64,000 nt of DNA from Synechococcus sp. (GCA_047285535.1 JBJBDC010000001.1:640136-704135); one strand, 5' to 3'; numbered from the stretch's first letter, positions 31,345 to 42,238 are shown. The notes: generated by a model not told the origin, from the letters alone. Program-made: numbers and translations.

Positions 31345-31525
31345 AAACTTTGAGAACTATTGCAATCATTGGGGTGAACCGCTCTGCCGTGGGAGCCCCA
31401 GTGTTCGACCTGGAGTTACCAGAAGGGGTGAAAGATTTCGTGAGGATTCGTTTCCAGCTACAGGGCCGGTTTACGGCACCAACACGACAGTCACCCCAAG
31501 TCGAAAGAGAGTCAGATCAGAGCAC
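31345..31525 (+). ncRNA. ssrS: 6S RNA (SsaA/Yfr7-type)
   Basis: Lies next to the purK 3' end, the known picocyanobacterial position. Rod fold: CTTTGA/TCAGAG, TTGGGGTGA/TCACCCCAA, TGCCGTGGG/TTTACGGCA, CTGGAG/TTCCAG. G-U pairs favour the + strand; ends approximate. Confidence 0.8.
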
Positions 31526-31557
31526 TAGAAAAAGGCTGTCACCAACAAAGCAGTTCT

Positions 31558-32727
31558 CTACCAATTTAAGGGAAGAGGCCAAATTTCACGTATCGTTTCC
31601 AACATTTGTTGTGCATGCTTTCCGCGCTCCTCAGCTGTGTTGCCGTTGAGAAGGGTTGTAACGTGACCAACTTTTCGCCCAGGAGTTTCTTCTTTCCCAT
31701 ACCAGTGGAGATACACCTCCTCAATCATGCTTAATTTAGAAAGACGTTCTTCCAGTGGTTCGCCATAATCAGCATTCAATCCAAGCAGATTAACCATTAA
31801 AGAACCGTCAGCAACCAATTCTGGGTTAGGCACCTCCAGCCCCGCAGTGATACAAAGCTGTTGATCAAACTGGCTACTGGAACAAGCCTCAATGGAAAAA
31901 TGACCTGAATTATGAGTTCTAGGAGCGATTTCATTAACATAAATGCCCGTTGAGCCGTAGAACAACTCCAACGTCATCACCCCTACATAACTAAGCTTCG
32001 TCAGTAGAGATGCAGCAATGTTGTAGACCGTTGCCTCAACAAGTTGACTCACAGATGCAGGTGCAATGACCCAGTCACATACTTGATTCTTCTGATGAGT
32101 TTCGGCCAAAGGCAGGCTTCGAATGCGGCCTTGTGAATCTCGGCTCACGACCAAAGCAAGTTCCTGCTCGTAGGAGATCCAGGATTCAATTAACCAATCC
32201 TTGGGATCCACATTACGAAGAAGTCGAGTCAAATCATTTAAATTTTCTATTACACGAGTCCCTTTTCCGTCGTAACCACCGTAAGCAGCCTTCGCCATTA
32301 CAGGGAAGCACCATCCGCTGGGTAAAGATGGAGATCCTGGATTAAGTTCAGCTAAAGAGATCCAATCTGGACTAGGTATTGAAAGATCATCAAGAAGTTT
32401 TCGCTGGGACAATTTATTAACAAGTGGAACCAGACTTGCTAGTGAGGGAGTAAAATGAACACCCTGACGCTCTAGGGGCATCAGAGCATCTACAGCCACC
32501 CATTCGTTTTCAAATGTGATACCGGAACAGTGTGAAGAAAGCTGTCTGGTTCCACTTACGTCTTTGGAATCAGCAAGAACCAATTCAGTGGCTATAGATG
32601 CGGCTGGATCTTCAGCCTTTGAGGTTTGAACCGCAAGCTTCAAGCCCTTTGTTTGAGCTGCTTCAGCAAGCATTAGGGCTAGTTGACCGCCACCGATAAC
32701 CCCAATTGTGTTGTCAGTGCTGGGCAT
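31558..32727 (-). CDS. purK: N5-carboxyaminoimidazole ribonucleotide synthase
   Basis: IGGGQLA, TFENE, GGYDGKG, NEIAPRTHNSGH, SQFDQQL, HWYGK..PGRKVGH. Confidence 0.96.
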   Translation of the reverse strand: MPSTDNTIGVIGGGQLALMLAEAAQTKGLKLAVQTSKAEDPAASIATELVLADSKDVSGTRQLSSHCSGITFENEWVAVDALMPLERQGVHFTPSLASLVPLVNKLSQRKLLDDLSIPSPDWISLAELNPGSPSLPSGWCFPVMAKAAYGGYDGKGTRVIENLNDLTRLLRNVDPKDWLIESWISYEQELALVVSRDSQGRIRSLPLAETHQKNQVCDWVIAPASVSQLVEATVYNIAASLLTKLSYVGVMTLELFYGSTGIYVNEIAPRTHNSGHFSIEACSSSQFDQQLCITAGLEVPNPELVADGSLMVNLLGLNADYGEPLEERLSKLSMIEEVYLHWYGKEETPGRKVGHVTTLLNGNTAEERGKHAQQMLETIREIWPLPLNW

Positions 32728-32786
32728 CTATTGCAGTCCGAATGGTGTCAGGTTGCCATCCTGACGCATCAGCGAGGATGGGAGCT

Positions 32787-33683
32787 CTAGATCAGCGATC
32801 GTTCTCCTCCAAAAGCAACTCTCACGGCACTCAGTACTAAAACGAGCACAAATAAGGCCAAGCCAACCGTGCAGGCGTAGCTAATTTCAAGCTCAGCGAA
32901 AGCCTGGTCGTAAACGTAATAAACCAATGTACGTGTGGAGTCTGCAGGTCCCCCCTGGGTCATCAGAAAGACTTCCTCAAAAACCTTGGTTGCTGCAATC
33001 GCTGAGATCACCGCCACCAAGGTGACGTAGGGACGCAGCAACGGCAGTGTGATATCAACATGCTTCCTCCAACCTTCACTGCCATCAAGCTCAGCCGCTT
33101 CATACAGTTCAGTTGGAATCCCTTGAAGCCCAGCAAGAAAAATCACCATGTAGTAACCCAGCCCTTTCCAAAGCGTGACGAGCATGACCGAGGGAAGGGC
33201 AAGCCATGGATTGGTCAGAAAATCAATTGGGATAAATCCTTGTCCAATCAGTGCCGCTAACCAACCATTGATCAAGCCGTTTTCTGCATAAAGCCAACGA
33301 AATGCGATAGCAGCCACAACGATCGACACCAACACTGGGGTATAAAAAGCGGCACGGAGAATATGCACACCTGGCAGGATTCGATTCACAAGAACGGCCA
33401 GAGTTAAGGCTCCGATCACGATGGGGGGAACCACACCAAATAAATAAATCAGTGTGGTGCCTAGAACCTGATAAAACATCGGATCAGCCAGCAGTCTCTG
33501 AAAGTTTGCAAATCCGATGAACTTGAGGGGTTCGGTCACATCCAGGCCCGTTTGGGTGAAGCTAATGACCAAGGCCATTAATGCCGGAACCAAGACGGAC
33601 AGACTCAAAAGGAAAAGAGCTGGTGCCAGAAACCCCCAGGCAATGAGCGTCGGCCGCTGTTTAGAGATTGAAGGTAAGGCCAT
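32787..33683 (-). CDS. Carbohydrate ABC transporter permease
   Basis: [33 protein letters not shown] motif; TQGGP. Confidence 0.9.
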   Translation of the reverse strand: MALPSISKQRPTLIAWGFLAPALFLLSLSVLVPALMALVISFTQTGLDVTEPLKFIGFANFQRLLADPMFYQVLGTTLIYLFGVVPPIVIGALTLAVLVNRILPGVHILRAAFYTPVLVSIVVAAIAFRWLYAENGLINGWLAALIGQGFIPIDFLTNPWLALPSVMLVTLWKGLGYYMVIFLAGLQGIPTELYEAAELDGSEGWRKHVDITLPLLRPYVTLVAVISAIAATKVFEEVFLMTQGGPADSTRTLVYYVYDQAFAELEISYACTVGLALFVLVLVLSAVRVAFGGERSLI

Positions 33684-33733
33684 CACCGGCGCCGATGGGT
33701 TTGCAGGAGAATAAGGCCATCACAGCGGCCGGC

Positions 33734-34867
33734 ATGATTAAGTCCCAACCGAGCACAGCAGCATCGACAGGGGTTAGACGCCTGAGCGTTGCACTTGATC
33801 GAAATCCTTATGACGTTGTAATCAACTCCGGTGGGTTGGATCAACTCGGAGCTGAATTGCAACGAATGGGGATTCGTCCTGAAACAAAAATCCTGGTCGT
33901 GAGCAATCCAGAGATCGCGGCTCTCTATGGACAACGATGTCTTTCCAGCCTCAGCAATGCTGGTTTTCATCCAACACTGTTGACGATTCCCGCGGGTGAA
34001 GATCAGAAGACCTTGGAGACCTTTGGCAAGATTCTGGACGCTGCCAAAGAGCAGAGCCTCGAGCGTCAGTCACTCATGGTTGCTTTAGGTGGCGGAGTCG
34101 TGGGTGACATGACTGGCTTTGCAGCATCCTGCTGGCTGCGTGGCATCGATGTGGTGCAAGTTCCCACGACGCTCCTGGCCATGGTTGATGCAGCGATCGG
34201 AGGAAAAACAGGTGTCAATCATCCAGGGGGAAAAAACCTGATCGGCGCTTTTCACCAGCCACGGTTGGTGATGATTGATCCAGAGACACTTCAGACTCTT
34301 CCAGTTCGAGAATTTAGGGCTGGTCTTGCTGAGGTGATCAAATATGGAGTGATTGGAGATCCTGAACTTTTCGCACTTCTAGAGGATTCCGATTGTCTTG
34401 CCGATCCTTCGAAGATTTCACATGATCTGCTTGAGACGATGCTCGAACGATCTGCCAAAGCGAAAGCACGAGTTGTGGCTGCAGATGAAAAGGAGGGTGG
34501 TCAACGGGCAATTCTGAATTACGGGCACACCTTCGGGCATGTGGTTGAAACTTTGACGGGCTACGGAACCTGGCTTCATGGAGAAGCTGTTGCGATCGGA
34601 ATGATGGCTGTAGCTGTATTGGCAGTACAACGCGGACTCTTCCCACAAAACGAAGCTGATCGTCAGATGCAGGTCATTCAAAGCGCCGGTTTACCGACTC
34701 AATGGCCTGATCTCAATCCAAAATCGGTGCTGCAAACTCTTCAAGGCGACAAAAAAGTCCGTCACGGTCAAATTCGTTTTGTGTTGCCCTCAAGAATTGG
34801 CTCAGTATCGATTGTTGATGATGTGAGCAGTGATGAGATCACATGCTGTCTGAGTGCGATGGGCTGA
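33734..34867 (+). CDS. aroB: 3-dehydroquinate synthase
   Basis: [42 protein letters not shown]; start uncertain. Confidence 0.96.
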   Translation: MIKSQPSTAASTGVRRLSVALDRNPYDVVINSGGLDQLGAELQRMGIRPETKILVVSNPEIAALYGQRCLSSLSNAGFHPTLLTIPAGEDQKTLETFGKILDAAKEQSLERQSLMVALGGGVVGDMTGFAASCWLRGIDVVQVPTTLLAMVDAAIGGKTGVNHPGGKNLIGAFHQPRLVMIDPETLQTLPVREFRAGLAEVIKYGVIGDPELFALLEDSDCLADPSKISHDLLETMLERSAKAKARVVAADEKEGGQRAILNYGHTFGHVVETLTGYGTWLHGEAVAIGMMAVAVLAVQRGLFPQNEADRQMQVIQSAGLPTQWPDLNPKSVLQTLQGDKKVRHGQIRFVLPSRIGSVSIVDDVSSDEITCCLSAMG

Positions 34868-36110
34868 TTGCGCTGATGCCAGTTGGTTCTCGTAGAAATA
34901 GGCTTTTCTCCTCTATTCCTTTTCTTTGGCAGGAAGGGTTCAAACGATGAAAAGAGAGCCAACGAAAGTCTCCAAGACAAGCAGGATCGACGAGTCGCAA
35001 GATGGCCTCTCGTCGTTGTAGAGCTTCAGCCAGTTGTCGACCTGGAAGCTGCTGGAGACTGTTGAGACGCTCTGCAAGCCCTAAGGCCAGCAAGGCCTCA
35101 CCCTGGCGACATTGCCCCTCTAAAGACCAACCATTGGTAGTGGCTTGATGCACCATGGTCTCAATGCAGAGGTGGGCCGTGAGATCTTGCTCTCCTGCAT
35201 CAACCAAAAGGTTGTGACTCGCTTGCTGGTTCCGATAAGCCATCAGGGTGCCCTGGTTGCGAAAGGGTGCGTAATACCTCTGAGCTTCGAGTGCGTAATC
35301 AACAACAAGAAGATGGCCGCAGATCAGGGCGTCAGAGGCTTCGGCGAACCAACAAGCAAGACGGTCATGCCATTCGGTTGTCCATCTCTCTTCAGCACCA
35401 TCCGGGGGTAAAGGAATCTGGGTTGCTGCCAGGGTTGAATCGATTCGCTCTTGAAGCGACTCAGGAATCGGTTCTGTTCCCCAAATCAGACCAACACGTC
35501 CACCTTCCATTCGCACAGACTCAATTGTCTGACGATGGAACCGTCCATCGCGGAGCACGAGACGCTCGACAGGTAAGGCATCCAGAAGCTCATGAGCAAT
35601 CACAACTCCGATCACAGGCTTCTTCTTCAGCTCTGACAACAAAGCCCAACGCCAAGGCAAACGTGGATAGGAAGCACCGGCTCGCTGATGTTGCTCCAGA
35701 CAGTCGCGTTGGCGGCTTTCCATCCCACGGTTGGCTTCGACCAGAACAAGCTCCAATCGAGGGACTAAATCGGGAAGCTGATCAGCTAGATAGTCCATGA
35801 GATCACAACTCATCGCAGCTTCGCCAGGACCAACTTCGACGATGGACAGCGTTTCGGTGGTGTGAGTCAGGGCAAGATTCCGAATCCACTGGACAATCTG
35901 ACGACCCATGAGCGCTGAAAAATCACACCCCAGAGTTGCTGAGGTCACAAAATCACCACTCGGGCCAATTCGCAGTCGCCCACTGCCGTAAGCACCATGC
36001 TCAGGGTCATGCAAAGCCCAGGCCATGAATTGAGAGAAGGGAACAGACCCTGCAGATTCGTCAAAACGCTCTTGAAGCCAGGAGGGACAGGGCACAGCAG
36101 GACCGTTCAT
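34839..36110 (-). CDS. MidA/NDUFAF7-family SAM-dependent methyltransferase
   Basis: [32 protein letters not shown]. Confidence 0.88.
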   Translation of the reverse strand: MNGPAVPCPSWLQERFDESAGSVPFSQFMAWALHDPEHGAYGSGRLRIGPSGDFVTSATLGCDFSALMGRQIVQWIRNLALTHTTETLSIVEVGPGEAAMSCDLMDYLADQLPDLVPRLELVLVEANRGMESRQRDCLEQHQRAGASYPRLPWRWALLSELKKKPVIGVVIAHELLDALPVERLVLRDGRFHRQTIESVRMEGGRVGLIWGTEPIPESLQERIDSTLAATQIPLPPDGAEERWTTEWHDRLACWFAEASDALICGHLLVVDYALEAQRYYAPFRNQGTLMAYRNQQASHNLLVDAGEQDLTAHLCIETMVHQATTNGWSLEGQCRQGEALLALGLAERLNSLQQLPGRQLAEALQRREAILRLVDPACLGDFRWLSFHRLNPSCQRKGIEEKSLFLREPTGISAISPSHSDSM

Positions 36111-36140
36111 TGGTGAGAATGCCTGTAATGCGTCAGAGCC

Positions 36141-36950
36141 ATGGGAACACATCAGCGCTTCATTCGACTTCTGTTCCCAGTGATGAGCTTATTTCTCTTG
36201 CTCAACATCGCAAGCCCTGTTTTAGCGAGTGATAATCCAGATCTCCTTCCAGATCACCCAACTCCTGTCATCGACCTGGCACGTGCCTTCAGCGACAATG
36301 AACGGCAAGAACTGGAACTATCGCTGAATCAGTTTGAAGAGAGGAGTGGTTGGAAGCTGAGAGTGCTCACTCAGTACGAACGCACTCCTGGATTCGCTGT
36401 TAAAGACTTTTGGGGTTTAGATGAACGTAGTTTGTTGATTGTGGGAGATCCTCGCGGCGGCAACCTCCTCAATTTCAACGTGGGGGATGCCTTTTTTGCA
36501 TTGATGCCACGCACGTGGTGGGTGGAACTTCAGACGCGTTATGGAAACCAGTATTATGTTCGGGACAACGGAGAAGATGGTTCCATTCTTGCAGCGATCG
36601 GTGCAGTGGAGCTTTGTCTTGATCGTGGTGGATGTCAGTTCGTGCCTGGTCTCCCTCAGGAACAATGGCTTTTAACCCTTGCAACATCTGTTCTTGGTGG
36701 ATTGATCGCAGGATTTGCCGCCTATCCACGCAAGGAGGATGAACGCATCGCCTGGGCGTGGGTCCTGCTGCTATCCCCTTTGTGGGTGATGTTGTTTGGA
36801 GTCTTTGGGATTGCGCCTGTGGTGACAAGAACTAACGATCTGCTTCCGTTGATCCGAAATGGGATGGGATTTATTGGAGGAATGGCGGGTGCCTACCTCA
36901 TAGCCCAAGCAACCGTTGGCCGAAAATTATCTGAAGATTCAGATCATTAA
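36141..36950 (+). CDS. TPM domain-containing membrane protein
   Basis: Signal peptide, PVIDLA, GWKLRVLTQ, ELQTRYGN, C-terminal TM helices. Confidence 0.8.
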   Translation: MGTHQRFIRLLFPVMSLFLLLNIASPVLASDNPDLLPDHPTPVIDLARAFSDNERQELELSLNQFEERSGWKLRVLTQYERTPGFAVKDFWGLDERSLLIVGDPRGGNLLNFNVGDAFFALMPRTWWVELQTRYGNQYYVRDNGEDGSILAAIGAVELCLDRGGCQFVPGLPQEQWLLTLATSVLGGLIAGFAAYPRKEDERIAWAWVLLLSPLWVMLFGVFGIAPVVTRTNDLLPLIRNGMGFIGGMAGAYLIAQATVGRKLSEDSDH

Positions 36951-36957
36951 AACTGAG

Positions 36958-37698
36958 TCATGGCATACCACAGAGAATTGTTGGTCCATGACAAACGGGA
37001 GCAACAGGGCCATTTGTCTTTGACTTTCCGCTGAGAGACGCTTGACGCTTATCTCTGATTTGCCGAAGCTGGCTTAAATTAAAATTATAAAACGATTTGA
37101 GATTGGAGAATCGTTTTACAGGTTGTCCGTAATAGCTATGGCCCCGAAGTGTTGGGAATGACGCCCACTCAGGTGCAAGTTTGGCTGCAAGCAAGGGAGT
37201 CATCACACCGCCATCAGTCAGACGAAGTGCCTTACGTCTTTGTACCAAAAACAGCGCCCCTTGATCCTGAGCTTCAGGACCGAAACCACGAACTCCCAAA
37301 CTTCGTTTCACAAGATCCCATGTGAACGGCATAAATTGATAGGCACCAGCTGCTGCACTTGCATAACGTGATGAATAAATGACGCGATCGGGATGGCGGT
37401 CCATCGATCTCATCAGGCCTCCTCCGAACATCACGCGGTAGCCAATGTCATGACCGTTTTTCCAGGTTCCTTCTGCAAAGCGAATTGTGTTTAAAAGAGC
37501 GCGTCTCTCAGGAGTAATGACATAGGGGAGAGCGCTGGCTTGAGAGTCCTCTGAAGTCGTGATCAGCCCAGATCGCGAGGATTCAAGAGTTGGAATAGAG
37601 GCGACAACGGCGTGAGCAGACTGGGAACTTAGAAGTGGGACAAAACTTGCAAGGGCCGTAGGTAAACAACGAACGGCTGTTTTCGCAAGGAAAGTCAT
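36958..37698 (-). CDS. Glycoside hydrolase family 104 (lambda-type lysozyme/muramidase)
   Basis: RALLNTIRFAEGT, Y.VMFGG, SAAAGAYQF, F.PEAQD.GA, EWASFP, YGQP; signal-like N-terminus. Confidence 0.88.
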   Translation of the reverse strand: MTFLAKTAVRCLPTALASFVPLLSSQSAHAVVASIPTLESSRSGLITTSEDSQASALPYVITPERRALLNTIRFAEGTWKNGHDIGYRVMFGGGLMRSMDRHPDRVIYSSRYASAAAGAYQFMPFTWDLVKRSLGVRGFGPEAQDQGALFLVQRRKALRLTDGGVMTPLLAAKLAPEWASFPTLRGHSYYGQPVKRFSNLKSFYNFNLSQLRQIRDKRQASLSGKSKTNGPVAPVCHGPTILCGMP

Positions 37699-37856
37699 GA
37701 GCAATAAGAAGGCAGATTGACCAGATGAGAAATTGATCACGCTGTTTGGAGACAGCTGAGGGAATATCAGATTTAGTCTTTGAAAGGTAAAAGGTATAGG
37801 AGACGCTGGAACTTTGACGAACTCACTCGGGAGACCCAAGTTCTGATGTGCCAGGC

Positions 37857-37898
37857 AAAAAACCGTCCCCGAACGCAGCCGAGACTCAGATGGGACGC
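37857..37898 (-). terminator. Intrinsic terminator-like hairpin upstream of the GH104 gene
   Basis: On the minus strand CGTCCC...GGGACG stem, extendable by G-U pairs, followed by G and six T. Confidence 0.55.
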
Positions 37899-37972
37899 AA
37901 CAAGGGGCAACGCAAGAGGAGGCGGGACGTTTGGAGCGAGATTAATAAAAATTATGGCTGTAATGAGTCATG

Positions 37973-39058
37973 TTAAACAGTGCTTAGTGCGACACGTACA
38001 ACAGACTTGGCTGCTTCTTCTGCTCCTTGTTTGGGGAGCGCCGGATGAATCGATTTCACCAAGGGTTGATCCAACTCCCACGCACCGTTGTTGAGTGATT
38101 CACGACCAATAATCCTGTGTTGTCCGAACTGTCGAAGGCCATGCATCAGTACGGAAGCTTCTGCGAAACCATCACGCTCAACCACGTGCAGACCTAGATC
38201 TAGACTTAGTGCCTCACAAAAGGTGCTGTATCCAGGCTTACCCAAATGTCGTTGACAAAAAGGCATCACATCAAAGGGACGTAGATGCTGAGGAAGAAAA
38301 GTGACATTGGGTTCCGATTCAAACAGCGAGCGCAGGTCTGAAGAAACTGGAGCTGGCATCAAGAAATGGTGATTTGGCCAAAGTCGAAATAAGACGGGAT
38401 CCAACTGGAAGCCCAAACCCCCAAAACCAACGAGAACAAGAGGCTTTCGTATCTGCACAAGCTGATCGTGGAAATCAGCAGGCAGGTCCCGCAATTCCGG
38501 CACAGTGAGTCCTAACTGCAGCTCCTCTAATCCCCAGTTCATGGAAAGAGAAAAAGGGCAACGCAGAAGCATCTGTCCGCACTCATACTTCGCTTTAGCG
38601 GCGGCCGCATAATCAAGGAAGAGGTCACCGAGAGGTTCGTAAATATCGTCCCAACCGAAATTCCCCATCCAGATCAAAGGTGCTCCAAGTCGATCAGCTA
38701 GATCTGCTGCCGCAGGTGGAATATCACCAACAACAACAATGGGTGTGTTGAACTTCGCAAGCCAGGCAGCTTCTTGATTCAGGAGGGACGGAAGCCTCTT
38801 GTCAAGATCTCTCAAAGACTGCAATGTCTTGTGTTGATCTACACCGAGAGCGTCGGCTTGAACCATCCCGACATCCCAGCCAACGCAACGCTGTTCCACT
38901 GGGATGTCGCCGCAAACCAACGAGAGGAACTCGGTTGAGACAGCAGAGCTGACAACCAACCTCCACGACGGCTCAAGCCGATGCAAGGCTCTTAATACAG
39001 TTGCTTGTCGCGCAGCATGGCCAAAACCATGGCTGCTTAGACAGACATAGATCAGCAT
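37973..39058 (-). CDS. GT-B fold glycosyltransferase-like protein
   Basis: SSHGFGHAAR, GDIPP, NFGWDDIY, GFGG, GKPGYSTFCE motifs. Confidence 0.75.
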   Translation of the reverse strand: MLIYVCLSSHGFGHAARQATVLRALHRLEPSWRLVVSSAVSTEFLSLVCGDIPVEQRCVGWDVGMVQADALGVDQHKTLQSLRDLDKRLPSLLNQEAAWLAKFNTPIVVVGDIPPAAADLADRLGAPLIWMGNFGWDDIYEPLGDLFLDYAAAAKAKYECGQMLLRCPFSLSMNWGLEELQLGLTVPELRDLPADFHDQLVQIRKPLVLVGFGGLGFQLDPVLFRLWPNHHFLMPAPVSSDLRSLFESEPNVTFLPQHLRPFDVMPFCQRHLGKPGYSTFCEALSLDLGLHVVERDGFAEASVLMHGLRQFGQHRIIGRESLNNGAWELDQPLVKSIHPALPKQGAEEAAKSVVRVALSTV

Positions 39059-39909
39059 GAAGTTGATTCAGGACTGGGTCGGCGCCACAAGGTTTGCTCA
39101 TAAACCAGTTTTCCATTGGGCTGAAACCAGCGATGACTCACAAGGCAGAGATCACGTTTTTCAAATTCAACCCAAGTGAAATGAATCAATGGCTGTCCAG
39201 CTTCATCGGAACCAGACCGCGGGACACAGGCAGCATTGACGTAGGCCGTTCCATAACGATCTCGATGAAACGTCGTTCGCTCGCCCTTTCCGCCTCTGAG
39301 CTTGTGATGCATGTGGCCAAACACCACAAGATCAGCCGCGCGTCTTGAACGCATGGTCTCAAGAGCCATGGTGAGATCCAGATCCCCCCAGTCGATATAT
39401 GGGTGCTTCCAATCCCGGCCGCAGATGCTGGATGCGTCCGACCCGAGTCCGGCAGGTCCGCTATGGGCTAACACCACCAATGGCCAATCCTCAGGGGCCT
39501 GGGATGCCGCATGAACAATGCGGTTAGCCGACTCCTGTTGTGTAACTGGTCCAAACACAGCTTGCACTGCCCGAGAGAGATGAAAACCACCACCTGCACT
39601 GCAAGGTCGAGCACCCACTACGGCAACAGCTGGCCTTGGCCAATCACGCAATTTCCAGGAGCAATCCAGATCCCCCAACATTGAAAGTTGCTGCCTTAAT
39701 TGTTCGCCGCTGCGATCCCGACCACGATCATGATTACCAAGGATCACTGCACAGGGGAGCTGGAGGCGTGTGATTGCCTTCACTAAACGCAGGTCCCCGT
39801 CGCTCAGATCTCCAACGAATAACAAGGCATCAGGTCGTAACCGATCGAGCAGATACTCGTCCTGACAGCTCCAATCTCCATGAAGATCTCCTGCTATGGC
39901 GAGGCGCAA
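39052..39909 (-). CDS. Calcineurin-like metallophosphoesterase (TIGR04168-type)
   Basis: GDLHG, VGD, GNHD, AHSGP, FGHMH metal-binding motifs. Confidence 0.85.
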   Translation of the reverse strand: MRLAIAGDLHGDWSCQDEYLLDRLRPDALLFVGDLSDGDLRLVKAITRLQLPCAVILGNHDRGRDRSGEQLRQQLSMLGDLDCSWKLRDWPRPAVAVVGARPCSAGGGFHLSRAVQAVFGPVTQQESANRIVHAASQAPEDWPLVVLAHSGPAGLGSDASSICGRDWKHPYIDWGDLDLTMALETMRSRRAADLVVFGHMHHKLRGGKGERTTFHRDRYGTAYVNAACVPRSGSDEAGQPLIHFTWVEFEKRDLCLVSHRWFQPNGKLVYEQTLWRRPSPESTSC

Positions 39910-39961
39910 TCTGGTCAGCAGTCGTGCCTAGGCTTTGAACATCCTGACTGATAGCACCAGA

Positions 39962-40939
39962 ATGTCTGCTGTTCATGCCAAGACAGGTCAACAGGTCAGG
40001 ACGATGACTGAACCACCAGACGATCTCGTCAGCGCCATCAATCAGCTACGAGAGACAAGAAATGCAATTATTTTGGCGCACTATTACCAAGAGCCAGAGA
40101 TCCAAGATATTGCTGACTTCATCGGAGATTCACTGGAATTATCAAGAAAAGCCGCCAACACCAGTGCAGATGTAATCGTGTTCTGTGGTGTGCATTTCAT
40201 GGCAGAGACTGCAAAGATCCTGAGCCCCGAAAAAACGGTGTTATTGCCTGATATCGAGGCGGGATGCTCCTTAGCCGACGATTGCCCGGCGGATGAATTC
40301 GAATCCTTTAGGGCTGAACATCCCGACCATTTTGTCGTGAGCTATATCAACTGCACAGCAGCCGTAAAAGCACAAAGCGATCTGATCTGCACAAGCAGCA
40401 ATGCAGTAGATCTAGTGAAACAGCTTCCAATTGATCAGCCAATATTATTTGCTCCTGATCAAAACCTGGGACGATGGGTTCAACGACAAAGTGGACGAGA
40501 TCTCACCCTATGGCCAGGACGATGCGTAGTTCATGAAACATTTAGCGAAGAAGCTCTTATCAAACTAAAACTACAATATCCAAAAGCAGAAGTTATTGCT
40601 CATCCCGAATGCCAGGAAAACTTACTAGACCTAGCTGACTTTATCGGCTCTACAAGCAAACTACTGTCCTATTGCCAGAAAAGCTCTTCAACTACTTTTA
40701 TTGTTTTAACAGAGCCAGGGATTATTCATCAGATGAGCAAAGCAGTTCCCAATAAAACATTCATCGACGTTCCAGGTCTAGATGGCTGCAGCTGCAATGC
40801 CTGTCCATACATGCGGCTCAACACCCTAGAGAAATTATGGAGATGTCTGTACACACTTAAGCCGGAAATCTCAATGAAAGAATCTGACAGAGTGAAGGCT
40901 TTGCAGCCCATGCAAAGAATGCTTGAGATGAGCCACTAA
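39962..40939 (+). CDS. nadA: Quinolinate synthase
   Basis: [37 protein letters not shown]. Confidence 0.97.
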   Translation: MSAVHAKTGQQVRTMTEPPDDLVSAINQLRETRNAIILAHYYQEPEIQDIADFIGDSLELSRKAANTSADVIVFCGVHFMAETAKILSPEKTVLLPDIEAGCSLADDCPADEFESFRAEHPDHFVVSYINCTAAVKAQSDLICTSSNAVDLVKQLPIDQPILFAPDQNLGRWVQRQSGRDLTLWPGRCVVHETFSEEALIKLKLQYPKAEVIAHPECQENLLDLADFIGSTSKLLSYCQKSSSTTFIVLTEPGIIHQMSKAVPNKTFIDVPGLDGCSCNACPYMRLNTLEKLWRCLYTLKPEISMKESDRVKALQPMQRMLEMSH

Positions 40940-41260
40940 CGACAGGTGATCACGTTAACAGTCCAACCCGAATCCAGCCTCATGACGCAATAAAGTACAG
41001 ACATCTTTGCTTCTACAAATCAACAACTCAAGAAAATACAATTATTTATACAAACGAAGCGTGCATTTAAGGGAGGTTTTTATCGGCCATGTTCGTTAGC
41101 AGAAACTCTTTGATGAACACAGAAGAGACCAAAATGCGCTGACAAATTCATGCTTTTCGAGTAGCAACTTCCGGGAACAGGTCACTGACCAAATATCGAC
41201 CATCACATCGTGATGGACTGAACACAACACATCAAGTAAGCGCCTTGCCAGAGTCATCTG

Positions 41261-42238
41261 ATGCCAATGCTTGAGAACACCAAGAGCGGCCTCTACTGCA
41301 GAGCAGCTGATGCCTGGATCGACCCTTCCTCTCCAGTGGCGAGAGCTCTGATCACGCATGCCCACGCCGATCATGCCAAACCTGGATGCGGGGAATACTG
41401 GGCTGTTGATCAAAGTGAGGGCATTCTCAGGCAGCGCTTAGGGGGTGACATCACCTTGAATCCCATGCCCTATGGCCAGCCGTTCTGGCTGAACCAAGCA
41501 TGTGTGTCATTTCACAGCGCCGGACATGTGCTGGGCTCTGCACAAATCCGCCTCCAGGTTGAAAACGAGGTGTGGGTCGTGACAGGTGACTACAAACGTT
41601 GCCCAGATCCCAGCTGCGAACCCTTCGAAGTCGTGCCCTGCAACGTATTAATCACCGAGGCCACCTTCGCGCTACCCATCTACAACTGGGAACCAGGTAG
41701 GCGGATCGCTGAGCAGATCCGGAACTGGTGGTATGGCGATCGGAGCAGAACATCCCTGCTGTTTTGTTATGCCTTCGGGAAAGCACAACGCTTGCTCGCG
41801 GAGCTGCACGCGATCGGGGTCTCGGAAGAAGTGCTTCTCCATGGAGCCGTTGAAACCGTGACCCGTCACTATCGCGCTGCAGAGGTACCGATGGTCCCGA
41901 GCCGACCCGTCAGTGAGCTTCCCCGCAAGGATGATCTCTCCGGGCGCTTAGTGCTAGCGCCACCATCAGCACATCGCTCCAGCTGGATGCGCCGATTCAA
42001 AGCACCTCAAACCGCCTTCGCTTCTGGCTGGATGGCTGTACGTGGTGCTCGAAGACGCAGGGGCTATGAACGCGGCTTCGTACTTAGCGATCATGCTGAC
42101 TGGAAGGGTCTGATCCAAACCGTCAAAGACACTGGAGCCCAACGTGTTTATGTGACCCACGGGCAGGACGATGTCTTCGCCCGCTACCTGAGAGAAGTGC
42201 AGGGCGTAGAGGCTCACCCACTATCTGTGCTCGTTTGA
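41261..42238 (+). CDS. Ligase-associated DNA damage response exonuclease (MBL/beta-CASP)
   Basis: ITHAHADH, AGHVLGS, TGDYK, EATF, YAFGKAQR, ASGWM, LSDHADW, VTHG. Confidence 0.93.
   Translation: MPMLENTKSGLYCRAADAWIDPSSPVARALITHAHADHAKPGCGEYWAVDQSEGILRQRLGGDITLNPMPYGQPFWLNQACVSFHSAGHVLGSAQIRLQVENEVWVVTGDYKRCPDPSCEPFEVVPCNVLITEATFALPIYNWEPGRRIAEQIRNWWYGDRSRTSLLFCYAFGKAQRLLAELHAIGVSEEVLLHGAVETVTRHYRAAEVPMVPSRPVSELPRKDDLSGRLVLAPPSAHRSSWMRRFKAPQTAFASGWMAVRGARRRRGYERGFVLSDHADWKGLIQTVKDTGAQRVYVTHGQDDVFARYLREVQGVEAHPLSVLV

Noticed and set aside
30400..31406. CRISPR or integron attC reading of the 46-nt repeat
   Set aside because: Only two copies about 960 bp apart, no cas or intI genes, and no proper RYYYAAC/GTTRRRY ends.
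31271..31649. ORFs 31271-31528 and 31350-31649
   Set aside because: They overlap the 6S RNA and purK and have no protein-like motifs; likely spurious.
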